A DNA stretch of 33,040 nt, from positions 1 to 33,040 of the forward strand of contig JBILFK010000002.1 in assembly GCA_044351685.1 (NCBI GenBank). The letters are read 5' to 3'. This document shows, piece by piece, positions 17,326-26,238 of the stretch (its first letter is position 1; each line of letters starts with the position of its first letter). A program made the position numbers and the translations under genes. Source of the stretch: Rickettsiales bacterium. Its GTDB lineage: Bacteria; Pseudomonadota; Alphaproteobacteria; Rickettsiales; UBA3002. The notes below the pieces were generated by a model. The model was not told the origin of the DNA, did not search any database, and saw only the letters and a list, made by a program, of their open reading frames with translations.

Positions 17326-18585
17326 TTACGCATATTCCCCTTCGTTCAGCCATTTGCGGAAATTATAAGGCTGGCCGAAATAATAGCCCTGCAGATAATC
17401 GACCCCAAGCTCGATAAGCATTTTGGCGGTTTCGCCATTTTCCACAAATTCCGCGACGGATTTTAAACCAAAGCCATTGGTGAAATCGAGCAGGGTTTTC
17501 ACGAAGAAGCGGTTATCGGCATTATCGGTGAGGTCGCGCACGAACGCGCCATCAATTTTGACCATATCAATGGAAAGCGATTTAAGCTGACGGAACGAGG
17601 TATAGCCCGAGCCAAAATCATCCAGTGCAATCTGGCAGCCTTTGGCCTGCAACTCGGCGCAGAAATAGGCGGTGTGTTTGAGGTCGCGGTGAATCGCGGT
17701 TTCGGTCAGTTCGATAATCAGGCGTGCGCCAATTTCAGGCGTTTCATCGAGATAATTACTGATACGCGTGAGCCAGGAAGCATCGTGCGAGGTGAGGTTG
17801 GAAACATTGAGCGCCAGCACAATATTTTTATCGTGGCGCAGTTCTTTCACTACCATATCCAGCGTCAGCTCATCGATCAGCGCAATCATGCCCATGCGCT
17901 CCGCCACCGGAATCAGCGCACCAGCCGAAGTGATTTTACCATCTTCGTTATGCAGGCGCAGCAAGGCTTCGTAATGCGCCACGGCACCGGTTTTGCTATC
18001 GATGACAGGCTGGTAGGCAAGCCGCAGGCGCTTTTTCAGCACCGCTTGCGAAAGATAATTGGCAATGCCCATTTCTTCGCGGCTGAATTCGCTTGAATCT
18101 TTCAAGAAGGTGGGGCGATCACTTTCTTCCATCAGCCCCATCAGCGCGTTCGCAATCAGTTCGCGGGCGCCCACACTTTCACTATCGGCAATGGCATCGC
18201 TGGTGGAGGCAATAAAATGCAGCGCGCCATAAGGCGAAGCATGGCTGAAATGGCGAATACGCTCGACCAACATTTCCGAAAGCAGCGCCGCCTGATTCGA
18301 GCTGGCATCTTCAAAAACCACCCCAAATTGATCACGCTGCACGCGGCTAACATGCGTGCCTTCGGGGAAATGTGCGGCAATCAGCGCGCGCAATTCTACC
18401 ATCACCTGTTCGGCCACATTGATGCCATAACCGCTGATGATCATCATCAGATTATCAATTGAAACCAGCATCAAACCGACCGCGCTGCCCGAGCCACGTT
18501 TTTTGGCAAGGACATCCTCAAGCAATCGGACAAAGTTGGCCGGGTACCCGCAGGCACCAATCAGTTCAGGCGTAGGCTGTGACAT
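17326..18585 (-). CDS. cyclic-di-GMP phosphodiesterase (degenerate GGDEF + EAL domains)
   Basis: EAL-domain motifs are ELTE, DDFGSGYTSF, KIDGAFV, EFVENGE and QGYYFGQP. The N-terminal GGDEF-like domain has QRDQF where GG(D/E)EF is expected. Confidence 0.85.
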   Translation of the reverse strand: MSQPTPELIGACGYPANFVRLLEDVLAKKRGSGSAVGLMLVSIDNLMMIISGYGINVAEQVMVELRALIAAHFPEGTHVSRVQRDQFGVVFEDASSNQAALLSEMLVERIRHFSHASPYGALHFIASTSDAIADSESVGARELIANALMGLMEESDRPTFLKDSSEFSREEMGIANYLSQAVLKKRLRLAYQPVIDSKTGAVAHYEALLRLHNEDGKITSAGALIPVAERMGMIALIDELTLDMVVKELRHDKNIVLALNVSNLTSHDASWLTRISNYLDETPEIGARLIIELTETAIHRDLKHTAYFCAELQAKGCQIALDDFGSGYTSFRQLKSLSIDMVKIDGAFVRDLTDNADNRFFVKTLLDFTNGFGLKSVAEFVENGETAKMLIELGVDYLQGYYFGQPYNFRKWLNEGEYA

Positions 18586-18683
18586 ACGTTCAGTCTGCCA
18601 CTAACCGCAAGGCGGGGCAAGCCCGATTACGCGCGGGCGCGGTATTCCCGCATGATTCCGCCCGGGTGTGGCGGCGGCCAACA

Positions 18684-19532
18684 CTACAGATAAGCCTCTG
18701 AAATAATGCTACAAAAAATCAAGAGCCCCAGCCATCCGTTGCTGGCAAACACGCGCCCGGCATCGCTGTTACCGCCACGATAGATGCGGGTAAGCTGGTG
18801 CGAAAGCTGCACCGCCACCAGCGCCAACCCCACAAAATAAAGGGCATGGTAACTAAGCGTAATGCCCAGCCACAGCAGCAGTGCAAGCATATGCGCATAA
18901 CACATGGCCACAAACGGCAACACAAAACTACCAAGGCGCAGGGCGGTCGATTTCACACCAATGCGCGCATCATCTTCAGTGTCCTGCAGGGCGTAAATGG
19001 TGTCGTAGCCCAGTGTCCAGAAAATCGCGGCGAGGTATAACCACAGCGCCTCGGGTGCGATATGCCCTGAAGCCTCCAGCCAGCCAAACAGTGCGCTCAT
19101 GTTAAACGTGATGCCTAAAAAAAGCTGCGGCCACCAGGTAAAGCGCTTCATGAAAGGGTAAAGCGCCACCAGCGGCAACGTCAGCAGTGCCAGCCATAAC
19201 GCATCGTACGGTAACGCCAGCAGCAATAGCAGTGCCAACAGCAGCAATAGCGCCAACAACAGCCACGCACTACGGCGCGATATGGTACCTGCTGCCAGCG
19301 GGCGGGTGGCGGTGCGCGCCACCTGCGCATCAAAGCGTGCATCGGCCAGATCATTCATAATGCACCCTGCCGAACGCATCAGCAGCGCCCCCAGCCATAG
19401 CATCGCCAGTAGTGGCCACTGCGTATGCACCGGTGCGGCCGATGCCATAGCCACCGCCCACGCCGCTGGCCAGAAGGTAAGCCAGATACCGATGGGTTTA
19501 TGCAGGCGCATAAGCTGGATGAAGGGATGCAT
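18684..19532 (-). CDS. ubiA: 4-hydroxybenzoate polyprenyltransferase (UbiA family)
   Basis: 282 aa, polytopic, with the first Asp-rich motif NDLADARFD and a second YALQDTEDD. Confidence 0.85.
   Translation of the reverse strand: MHPFIQLMRLHKPIGIWLTFWPAAWAVAMASAAPVHTQWPLLAMLWLGALLMRSAGCIMNDLADARFDAQVARTATRPLAAGTISRRSAWLLLALLLLLALLLLLALPYDALWLALLTLPLVALYPFMKRFTWWPQLFLGITFNMSALFGWLEASGHIAPEALWLYLAAIFWTLGYDTIYALQDTEDDARIGVKSTALRLGSFVLPFVAMCYAHMLALLLWLGITLSYHALYFVGLALVAVQLSHQLTRIYRGGNSDAGRVFASNGWLGLLIFCSIISEAYL
19216..19264. repeat. imperfect 18-bp in-frame tandem repeat (about 2.7 units) inside ubiA
   Basis: GCCAGCAGCAATAGCAGT / GCCAACAGCAGCAATAGC / GCCAACAACAGCC. It encodes the reiterated [17 protein letters not shown] segment. 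Confidence 0.6.
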
Positions 19533-19603
19533 GCAGGTTTCGGGTTTCGGGTTGCAGGTTGATATGCTACATAGCGCTGAACCTTCATTGCTGGAACTTA
19601 AAA

Positions 19604-20368
19604 ATGCCCTTCCCGATGCGTATCATTCCCTGTCTCGACATAGCCGGTGGCCGTGTGGTGAAGGGCGTGCAGTTTGTAGAACTTGTCGATGCCGGTGACC
19701 CAGTAGCGCAAGCACAGCTTTACGATGCGCAGGGTGCCGATGAATTATGCTTCCTCGATATTACCGCCACGCACGAAGGCCGCGACACGCTGCTCGGTAT
19801 GGTCGATAAGGTGGCAAGCGTCTGTTTTATGCCGCTTACGGTGGGTGGCGGCGTGCGCACACTCGAAGATATTCGCGCCTTGCTGCTGGTGGGGGCCGAT
19901 AAGGTTTCCATCAATTCTGCGGCCGTAAAACGCCCGGAATTTGTGGCCGAGGCGGCTGAAAAATTTGGCAATCAATGTATCGTGGTGGCCGTCGATGCCA
20001 AGCAAACAGGCGTAGGCAAATGGGAAATTTTCACCCATGGCGGTCGCAACGCCACGGGCATCGATGCGGTGGCGTGGGCTGAGCGTATGGCGCAGTCGGG
20101 CGCGGGCGAATTGCTGGTGACCTCGATGGATCGCGACGGCACCAAAGCAGGCTACGATACTGCACTCATGCAGGCAATCCGCACCAAGGTGAATATCCCC
20201 ACGATTGCATCGGGCGGCATTGGCACGCTCGCGCATTTTGTCGAAGGTGCAAGATCGGGCGCAACCGGGCTGCTGGCTGCCAGCGTATTCCATTTTGGCC
20301 AGTTCACCATTGCACAAGTGAAAAACACTTTGGCCGAGGCCGGAATTGCAGTAAGGAAAACCGCATGA
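19604..20368 (+). CDS. hisF: imidazole glycerol phosphate synthase cyclase subunit HisF
   Basis: [24 protein letters not shown]..., [10 protein letters not shown] and ASGGIG motifs. The start is set at 19604, with an alternative at 19616. The ORF opens at 19559. Confidence 0.9.
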   Translation: MPFPMRIIPCLDIAGGRVVKGVQFVELVDAGDPVAQAQLYDAQGADELCFLDITATHEGRDTLLGMVDKVASVCFMPLTVGGGVRTLEDIRALLLVGADKVSINSAAVKRPEFVAEAAEKFGNQCIVVAVDAKQTGVGKWEIFTHGGRNATGIDAVAWAERMAQSGAGELLVTSMDRDGTKAGYDTALMQAIRTKVNIPTIASGGIGTLAHFVEGARSGATGLLAASVFHFGQFTIAQVKNTLAEAGIAVRKTA

Positions 20369-20682
20369 ATGATAGCTTAAATACCTTATACGCGATGATT
20401 CGCGAACGCCAAGGCGGCGATGCCAACACATCGTATGTAGCAAAATCGTTTGCTAAAGGCCCCGAGCATATGGCCAAAAAATTTGGCGAAGAAGCGGTGG
20501 AAACCGTGATTGCTGCGATTCAAAACAACCGCGAACAGATTATTTATGAATCTGCCGATACGTTGTTTCACCTGCTAATGCTGCTTGCTGCCCACGGCAT
20601 CACGCCCGATGAGGTAGCTGCCGAATTACAGCGCCGCGAAGGCACTTCCGGCATCGCCGAGAAGGAAAGCAGGCAAAATTAG
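20365..20682 (+). CDS. hisE: phosphoribosyl-ATP pyrophosphatase HisE
   Basis: 105 aa with SYVAKSF...[14 protein letters not shown]...[14 protein letters not shown] 4-nt overlap joins it to hisF. Confidence 0.85.
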   Translation: MNDSLNTLYAMIRERQGGDANTSYVAKSFAKGPEHMAKKFGEEAVETVIAAIQNNREQIIYESADTLFHLLMLLAAHGITPDEVAAELQRREGTSGIAEKESRQN

Positions 20683-20684
20683 TG

Positions 20685-20766
20685 ATTCGAGCGCCAGTAG
20701 GCGCGAGTCAGCCATGAGCTAGCGAAGCTACGCGCCAATGCGATTTTAGGAAAAATCGCAGGGCGC
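20685..20766 (+). repeat. structured intergenic repeat, copy C (type II 3' module)
   Basis: GATTCGAG-CGCC-AGTA-GGCG-CGAGTCAGCCATGAGC-TAGC-GAA-GCTA-CGCGCC-AA-TGCGATTTT-AGGA-AAAATCGCA-GGGCGC. Confidence 0.7.
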
Positions 20767-20784
20767 AACATAAAAGGAGAACCC

Positions 20785-21144
20785 ATGACCTACACCTACG
20801 ATTCCAACAATATCTTCGCAAAAATTCTACGCGGCGAAATTCCCTGCAACAAAGTGTTTGAGAATGAGTATGCACTCGCGTTCCACGATATTGCGCCCGT
20901 TGCGCCCGTGCATGTGCTGGTGCTGCCCAAAGGCGCGTATATGCATGTGGAAGATTTTATCGGCAATGCACCTGCGGATTTGATCGCCGGATATTTCGCC
21001 GCCATTCGCACCGTGGTGGAGCAGCTTGGCGTGGCCGAGAATTTTCGGCTAATCACCAATAATGGCGAAGGTGCCGGGCAAACCGTATTCCATTTTCACA
21101 GCCATATTATTGCAGGCAAACCGCTTGGCGCGTTGATTCCATAA
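20785..21144 (+). CDS. HIT family (histidine triad) nucleotide hydrolase
   Basis: 119 aa, HFHSHIIAG histidine triad, AAGGAGA RBS. Confidence 0.85.
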   Translation: MTYTYDSNNIFAKILRGEIPCNKVFENEYALAFHDIAPVAPVHVLVLPKGAYMHVEDFIGNAPADLIAGYFAAIRTVVEQLGVAENFRLITNNGEGAGQTVFHFHSHIIAGKPLGALIP

Positions 21145-21145
21145 T

Positions 21146-21230
21146 GCACTCTGCGAAGTTTCCTAGCTTCGCAATGGTGCGTGCCTTCGGCAGCTCATGG
21201 CTGACTCGGCCTGCTGGCCTCGTACAATAA
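21146..21230 (-). repeat. structured intergenic repeat, copy D (type II 3' module)
   Basis: The reverse complement reads TTATTGTACGA-GGCC-AGCA-GGCC-GAGTCAGCCATGAGC-TGCC-GAA-GGCA-CGCACC-AT-TGCGAAG-CTAGGAAA-CTTCGCA-GAGTGC. Confidence 0.7.
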
Positions 21231-21243
21231 TTTCCGGTGATAT

Positions 21244-21320
21244 GAGCGACAGGAGTCGCGAATCTGCCAAGAGCCCGCGAAGCGGCGTGAAGGCGAGCAC
21301 AGTATGTGCTCGGCCGTAGC
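21244..21320 (+). repeat. structured intergenic repeat, copy E (diverged core, type I 3' module), head-to-head with copy D
   Basis: GA-GCGAC-AGGA-GTCGC-GAATCTGCCAAGAGC-CCGC-GAA-GCGG-CGTGAAGG-CGAGCAC-AGTAT-GTGCTCG-GCCGTAGC. Confidence 0.6.
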
Positions 21321-21328
21321 AAAATAAT

Positions 21329-21883
21329 TTATGAAGCAAGCAATCTGCTTGCCTCGTGCAGCGGCAATCCCATCACACCCGAATGCGAACCGGCGAGGTA
21401 TGCAATGAATGTCGCCGCGCGCCCTTGAATCGCATAGCCGCCGGCTTTGCCTTCCCACTCGCCGCTGGCGATATAGGCGTCGATATCGTGCGCGCTCAGC
21501 CGCGCAAACCGCACGATGCTGGTGCTGGTTTTTTGTTTCATGCCTGTGGGTGTGGCCACGCATACGGAAGTGAATACTTTGTGCCTGCGGCCTGAAAGCA
21601 GCTTCAAACATTCGCGTGCGGTGGCGGCGTCTTCGGCTTTTGGCAAAATGCGCGTGCCCATGGCCACTACCGTATCGGCAGCAAGCACGGTGCGCGTGGG
21701 GTGAAGTGCAGCGATGGTTGCACATTTTTCGCGCGCGACACGCGCAGCATAGGCCAGCGGTGCTTCACCTTTTTTTGGTGTTTCATCAATATCGGCGGGA
21801 AGTATTTCAATATCCGTGATGCCAATAAGCGCCAGTAATTCGCGGCGGCGCGGCGATGCAGAGGCGAGGATGAGAGGGTGCAC
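21329..21883 (-). CDS. maf: Maf-like nucleoside triphosphate pyrophosphatase
   Basis: GTG start (MHPLILASASPRRRELL), GGAGAG RBS, GAYAIQG-type motif (GGYAIQG). Confidence 0.85.
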   Translation of the reverse strand: MHPLILASASPRRRELLALIGITDIEILPADIDETPKKGEAPLAYAARVAREKCATIAALHPTRTVLAADTVVAMGTRILPKAEDAATARECLKLLSGRRHKVFTSVCVATPTGMKQKTSTSIVRFARLSAHDIDAYIASGEWEGKAGGYAIQGRAATFIAYLAGSHSGVMGLPLHEASRLLAS

Positions 21884-21896
21884 AGTAAGCTCTCCG

Positions 21897-21979
21897 TTAT
21901 TCGAGGTTCAGCAGAACCAAGTCAGCCATGAGCCCGCGAAGCGGCGCGAAGGTCAGCACAGTATGTGCTTGGCCGGAGC
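21897..21979 (+). repeat. structured intergenic repeat, copy F (type I 3' module)
   Basis: TTATTCGAG-GTTC-AGCA-GAAC-CAAGTCAGCCATGAGC-CCGC-GAA-GCGG-CGCGAAGG-TCAGCAC-AGTAT-GTGCTTGG-CCGGAGC. Confidence 0.7.
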
Positions 21980-21988
21980 AAACAACAA

Positions 21989-22207
21989 CTATTTCTCGCG
22001 GAACTTGATGCGGCCCTTGGAGAGATCGTACGGGGTCATCTCGACGGTGACTTTATCGCCTGCCAGCACACGAATGCGGTTTTTGCGCATCGAGCCCGAG
22101 GCGTGCGCCAGCACTTCATGGCCGTTTTCAAGCGTCACTTTGAACATGGTGTTCGGTAACACCTCGTTCACGACACCTTTAAATTCCAATAATTCTTCTT
22201 TTGCCAT
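21989..22207 (-). CDS. infA: translation initiation factor IF-1
   Basis: 72 aa: [72 protein letters not shown]. This is the unmistakable IF-1 S1 fold sequence. ORF 21989..22330 is trimmed to the ATG at 22207. Confidence 0.95.
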   Translation of the reverse strand: MAKEELLEFKGVVNEVLPNTMFKVTLENGHEVLAHASGSMRKNRIRVLAGDKVTVEMTPYDLSKGRIKFREK

Positions 22208-22308
22208 ATCTACCTTTGTGCAAAGTTCCTCGCGGGGCTCGGTGTACTTTTCACAACCTAATTTGCCAGATTCCGGCTTGAAGCGGTTCTGCGCCTGAAT
22301 CTGAAGTT

Positions 22309-22776
22309 TTATTTTACATGTAGCACGCAAATAAGCGTGAACAGCCTGCGGGCGGTGTTAAAATCCATCGTCACCTCACTGTCAAGCAGCGAGTTCAGAA
22401 GCTCGGACCCTTCATTATGCACACTACGGCGTGCCATATCCAGCGTTTGGATGCGGTCGGGGGTGGCGGTTTTGATGGCTTCGAAATAGCCTTCGCACAT
22501 CAGGAAATAATCTTTGATAATCCGGCGAAACGGGCTGAGGGGCAGCGTGACATCGTGATAGGTCTCGGCCGAATCGGCCGCATGCAGGCGCAATAAAAGC
22601 CGGTTCTCTTTGACACTCAAAAACACATGGTAGGGGCTGGCAATGGGGGCTGTTTTCAGCGCAAAATCATTTTCCTCGACCAAATCGGCCATCGCCACGC
22701 GCCGTTCATGCTCCACTTCCGGGGTGCGGCGGATAATGCTGGCATCATCAAGCGTTATGGCGGCGATATGCGGCAT
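22309..22776 (-). CDS. UPF0262 family protein
   Basis: Trimmed to [11 protein letters not shown]... The block [23 protein letters not shown] matches the alphaproteobacterial UPF0262 signature as I recall it, and so does the position between hisD and infA. Confidence 0.7.
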   Translation of the reverse strand: MPHIAAITLDDASIIRRTPEVEHERRVAMADLVEENDFALKTAPIASPYHVFLSVKENRLLLRLHAADSAETYHDVTLPLSPFRRIIKDYFLMCEGYFEAIKTATPDRIQTLDMARRSVHNEGSELLNSLLDSEVTMDFNTARRLFTLICVLHVK

Positions 22777-22837
22777 ACGGGGTAAGGTGTCAGGTTTCAG
22801 GGGTTCCTGTTTAGCACCGGAAAGCGAAAAGCTGAAT

Positions 22838-24127
22838 CTATTTTCGCCGCAGCCGTAACGATAGCGCGTGCGCGGGCAGGCCTTCGCTATCGGCAAGCAG
22901 CGCTGCAGGTTCCAGCAATGCATGTGCAGCCGCTTCGCTGCAACCAATCAGGCTGGTGCGGTTTAAAAAATCGAATACGCTGAGGCCCGATGAAAACCGT
23001 GCCGCGCGCGAGGTGGGCAACACATGGCTGGGCCCGGCAATATAATCGCCCATGGCTTCAGGGGTGTGGCGACCTAGAAAAATCGCCCCCGCGCCGCGCA
23101 CATGCTGCGCAACATTGGCGGCATCGTCGATGGCTAATTCCAGATGTTCGGGCGCGATGGTCTGAATAATTGGCAAGGCTTCCACCCAATGTTTCACCAG
23201 AATGATCGCGCCGTGTTTTTCCCAGGCACTGCGCGTAACATTCGCACGGGGAATAAACCCTAAGATCGCCTCAATTTCACGCTGCACTGCCTGCGCAAAC
23301 ACTTCGCTATTGGTAATTAAAATGGCTTGCGCGGCTTCATCATGTTCGGCCTGCGAAAGCAGATCAGCGGCGATCCATTGCGGTTCGCATTTGCCGTCCG
23401 CTACCACGCAAATTTCCGAAGGCCCGGCGATGGTATCAATGCCCACTTGCCCAAACACCTGCCGCTTCGCTTCGGCCACATACGCATTCCCCGGCCCAAC
23501 AATTTTATCGACCGGTGCAATGCTTGGCGTGCCGTAAGCCAGTGCCGCCACGGCCTGCGCGCCGCCCGTGCGGTAAATTTCGGTGATACCGGCAATGCGT
23601 GCGGCAGCCAGCACCGCAGGGTTAATCTCGCCGCGCGGGGTGGGCACCACCATGGCAATGCGGGCAACGCCCGCCACCTGTGCGGGAATCGCGTTCATCA
23701 GCACGCTGGAAGGGTAGCTGGCCTTGCCACCGGGAACATACAACCCAACCGAGTCCAGCGGCGTATATTGCCAGCCCAATGTCACGCCGAGCGCATCCTG
23801 ATAGCTGTGATTGCTGGGGCGCTGCGCTTCGTGGTAACTGCGAATGCGAGCTGCGGCCAATTCCAGTGCTTCGTAAAGCGCGGTGGGGATAGCGGCTTCA
23901 GCGGCATCGATTTCAGCATCGCTGAAACGTAAGCCCCGCTTTGTGCTATCATAGCCATCAAATTGTTGGTTCAGCGCATGCAGCGCGCTATCGCCCTGCG
24001 TTTGCACCCGCGCAATAATCTCGCGCACACTGGCGGAAACATCGTGCGCGCCTGCATTGCGTGCGGCAAGCAACTGTTCAAGCTGGCTCTGAAAATCTGC
24101 CGCATCGGCATGTAACATCTTAGCCAT
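22838..24127 (-). CDS. hisD: histidinol dehydrogenase HisD
   Basis: About 430 aa, with [26 protein letters not shown] and HVLPT motifs. The start is placed at MAKMLHAD (24127), overlapping the hisG stop. The ORF opens at 24151. Confidence 0.9.
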   Translation of the reverse strand: MAKMLHADAADFQSQLEQLLAARNAGAHDVSASVREIIARVQTQGDSALHALNQQFDGYDSTKRGLRFSDAEIDAAEAAIPTALYEALELAAARIRSYHEAQRPSNHSYQDALGVTLGWQYTPLDSVGLYVPGGKASYPSSVLMNAIPAQVAGVARIAMVVPTPRGEINPAVLAAARIAGITEIYRTGGAQAVAALAYGTPSIAPVDKIVGPGNAYVAEAKRQVFGQVGIDTIAGPSEICVVADGKCEPQWIAADLLSQAEHDEAAQAILITNSEVFAQAVQREIEAILGFIPRANVTRSAWEKHGAIILVKHWVEALPIIQTIAPEHLELAIDDAANVAQHVRGAGAIFLGRHTPEAMGDYIAGPSHVLPTSRAARFSSGLSVFDFLNRTSLIGCSEAAAHALLEPAALLADSEGLPAHALSLRLRRK

Positions 24128-24782
24128 GGCTGGCCTCAGAAAATGCATCAATCAGTGCGGTGATTTCGGCGCGGCGAGTTTTATAGGCGGTGCGGTGAAC
24201 AATCAGCTGCGAAGAAACATCGAGGATATTTTCTACCTCCACCAGCCCGTTGGCTTTTAGTGTGGCGCCGCTTGATACCAAATCGACAATGCGCTCGGCG
24301 AGGCCCACGCGTGGGGCAATTTCCATTGCGCCATTCAGCGTGATGCATTCGGCCTGCACACCGCGTGCAGCAAAATGTTTTTGGGTGAGGTTAGGGTATT
24401 TGGTGGCGATGCGGATATGTGTCCAGCGCGTCGGGTCATCGGTGCCAGCGAGGGCTTCCGGTTCGGCCACGCTTAGGCGGCATTTGCCGATATTTAAATC
24501 GAGTGGCGCATAGAGTTCGGGGTAGGAAAATTCGTGAATCACATCGCTGCCGCACACGCCAATTTGCGCTGCGCCATACGCCACGAAGGTTGCCACATCA
24601 AACGCCCGCACGCGCAAAAACGAAAGATTTGCAATGTTGCTGCCAAATTGCAGGCTGCGATCATTCGCATCGAAAAACGCCGCCTCCGGCATAATGCCAA
24701 TGCGTGCGAACACGGGGGCTAATTCCTCAAAGATGCGCCCCTTGGGAATGGCAAAAAGCGTGGGTTGTGAAAATTTTAGCAT
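24120..24782 (-). CDS. hisG: ATP phosphoribosyltransferase, short (HisZ-dependent) form
   Basis: 220 aa: [20 protein letters not shown]... The C-terminal regulatory domain of long-form HisG is absent. No hisZ is present in the window. Confidence 0.9.
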   Translation of the reverse strand: MLKFSQPTLFAIPKGRIFEELAPVFARIGIMPEAAFFDANDRSLQFGSNIANLSFLRVRAFDVATFVAYGAAQIGVCGSDVIHEFSYPELYAPLDLNIGKCRLSVAEPEALAGTDDPTRWTHIRIATKYPNLTQKHFAARGVQAECITLNGAMEIAPRVGLAERIVDLVSSGATLKANGLVEVENILDVSSQLIVHRTAYKTRRAEITALIDAFSEASHG

Positions 24783-24844
24783 GCAGGGTTCAGGTTTCAG
24801 ATTTCAGCAAAGGCAAGCAGATGTGCAGAAAAAAGCCAAAAATG

Positions 24845-26161
24845 TCAATGACGCACGCGGCGTATATTCGCGCCGCAGGCGGTGAGTTTTTCCTCGAGGC
24901 GCTCGTAGCCGCGGTCGAGGTGGTAAATGCGGTTCACCGCGGTTTCACCTTCTGCGGCCAGCGCGGCAATCACCAGCGAAACGCTGGCACGCAAATCGGT
25001 CGCCATCACGGGTGCGCCTTTGAGCGAAGTTGCGCCGTGCACAATCGCCGTATGCCCTTCCACCGAGATATTGGCGCCCATGCGCGCCAGCTCGGGCACA
25101 TGCATGAAGCGGTTTTCAAAAATCGTTTCACTGATCGGTGAATTGCCCAGCGCCTGCGTCAGCAGGGTCATCACCTGTGCTTGCATATCGGTGGGGAAAT
25201 CGGGGTGCGGCGCGGTGGTAAGGCTGGCAGGGTGCAGTGGCGCGCCGCGCTGATGCGCTACACGGATCGTGTCGCCTTCATGTTCCACATGGATACCAAT
25301 GGCGCGAATCACGTCGATGACATTCAGTAAGGTGTCGGGGCGGGCATGCTGTAGTGTGAGTTCGCCGCCCGCCAGCCCCACGGCGCACAAATAGGTGCCG
25401 GTTTCGATGCGGTCGGCAATCACGCGATGCTCTGTACCATCAAGCGAATTTACGCCCTGAATCGTCAGTGTATCGGTATCGATGCCGGTAATTTGCGCGC
25501 CCATGGCATTCAGCAATTCGGCTAAATCACCAATTTCCGGTTCACGCGCGGCGTTACGAATAATGGTGGTGCCACGCGCCAGTGTGGCGGCCATCAGCGC
25601 ATTTTCAGTGGCGCCTACCGATACTTTTTCAAACATAATTTCGTTGCCCACCAAACCGCCAGCGGGGGCTTCGGCGATCACGTAGCCTTCTTCAAGCCGA
25701 ATGGTCGCACCCAGCCGTTCCATCGCATAGAGGTGCAAATCGATCGGGCGTGTGCCAATCGCGCAGCCGCCGGGAAGCGACACTTTGGCGCGGCCTTCGC
25801 GCGCGAGAATTGGCCCCAGCACCAGCACCGAGGCGCGCATGGTGCGCACCAGATCGTACGGAGCAGTGATGCTGGTGATGTTGGGTGCATGCAGCGTGAG
25901 GCGGCGCGAATAATGCCCCGATTCGCGGTTTTGCGCGAACAGATCACCCGAGCCGGAATCCTGCACTGAAAGAGTGCTGCCATGCTGCATGAGCAATTTG
26001 GCCATGGTGGTGATATCGGCAAGGTACGGCACGTTATCGAGTGTCACCACTTTATCGGTCAGCAGCGTGGCGCACATCAGCGGCAGCGCCGCGTTCTTGG
26101 CGCCGCCAATAATAATGCTGCCGTAAAGTGGCGCACCGCCGGTGATCACAAGTTTATCCAT
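24845..26161 (-). CDS. murA: UDP-N-acetylglucosamine 1-carboxyvinyltransferase
   Basis: 438 aa: MDKLVITGGAPLYGSIIIGGAKNAALP..., with the active-site loop LPGGCAIGTRPIDLH. Confidence 0.95.
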   Translation of the reverse strand: MDKLVITGGAPLYGSIIIGGAKNAALPLMCATLLTDKVVTLDNVPYLADITTMAKLLMQHGSTLSVQDSGSGDLFAQNRESGHYSRRLTLHAPNITSITAPYDLVRTMRASVLVLGPILAREGRAKVSLPGGCAIGTRPIDLHLYAMERLGATIRLEEGYVIAEAPAGGLVGNEIMFEKVSVGATENALMAATLARGTTIIRNAAREPEIGDLAELLNAMGAQITGIDTDTLTIQGVNSLDGTEHRVIADRIETGTYLCAVGLAGGELTLQHARPDTLLNVIDVIRAIGIHVEHEGDTIRVAHQRGAPLHPASLTTAPHPDFPTDMQAQVMTLLTQALGNSPISETIFENRFMHVPELARMGANISVEGHTAIVHGATSLKGAPVMATDLRASVSLVIAALAAEGETAVNRIYHLDRGYERLEEKLTACGANIRRVRH

Positions 26162-26238
26162 AGCCCTACACGAATTGGTACGCGCAACGCACTAAGCTGC
26201 ATTGCCGTAAATGACAAGCGCCGACATAGCGCAGCCGG

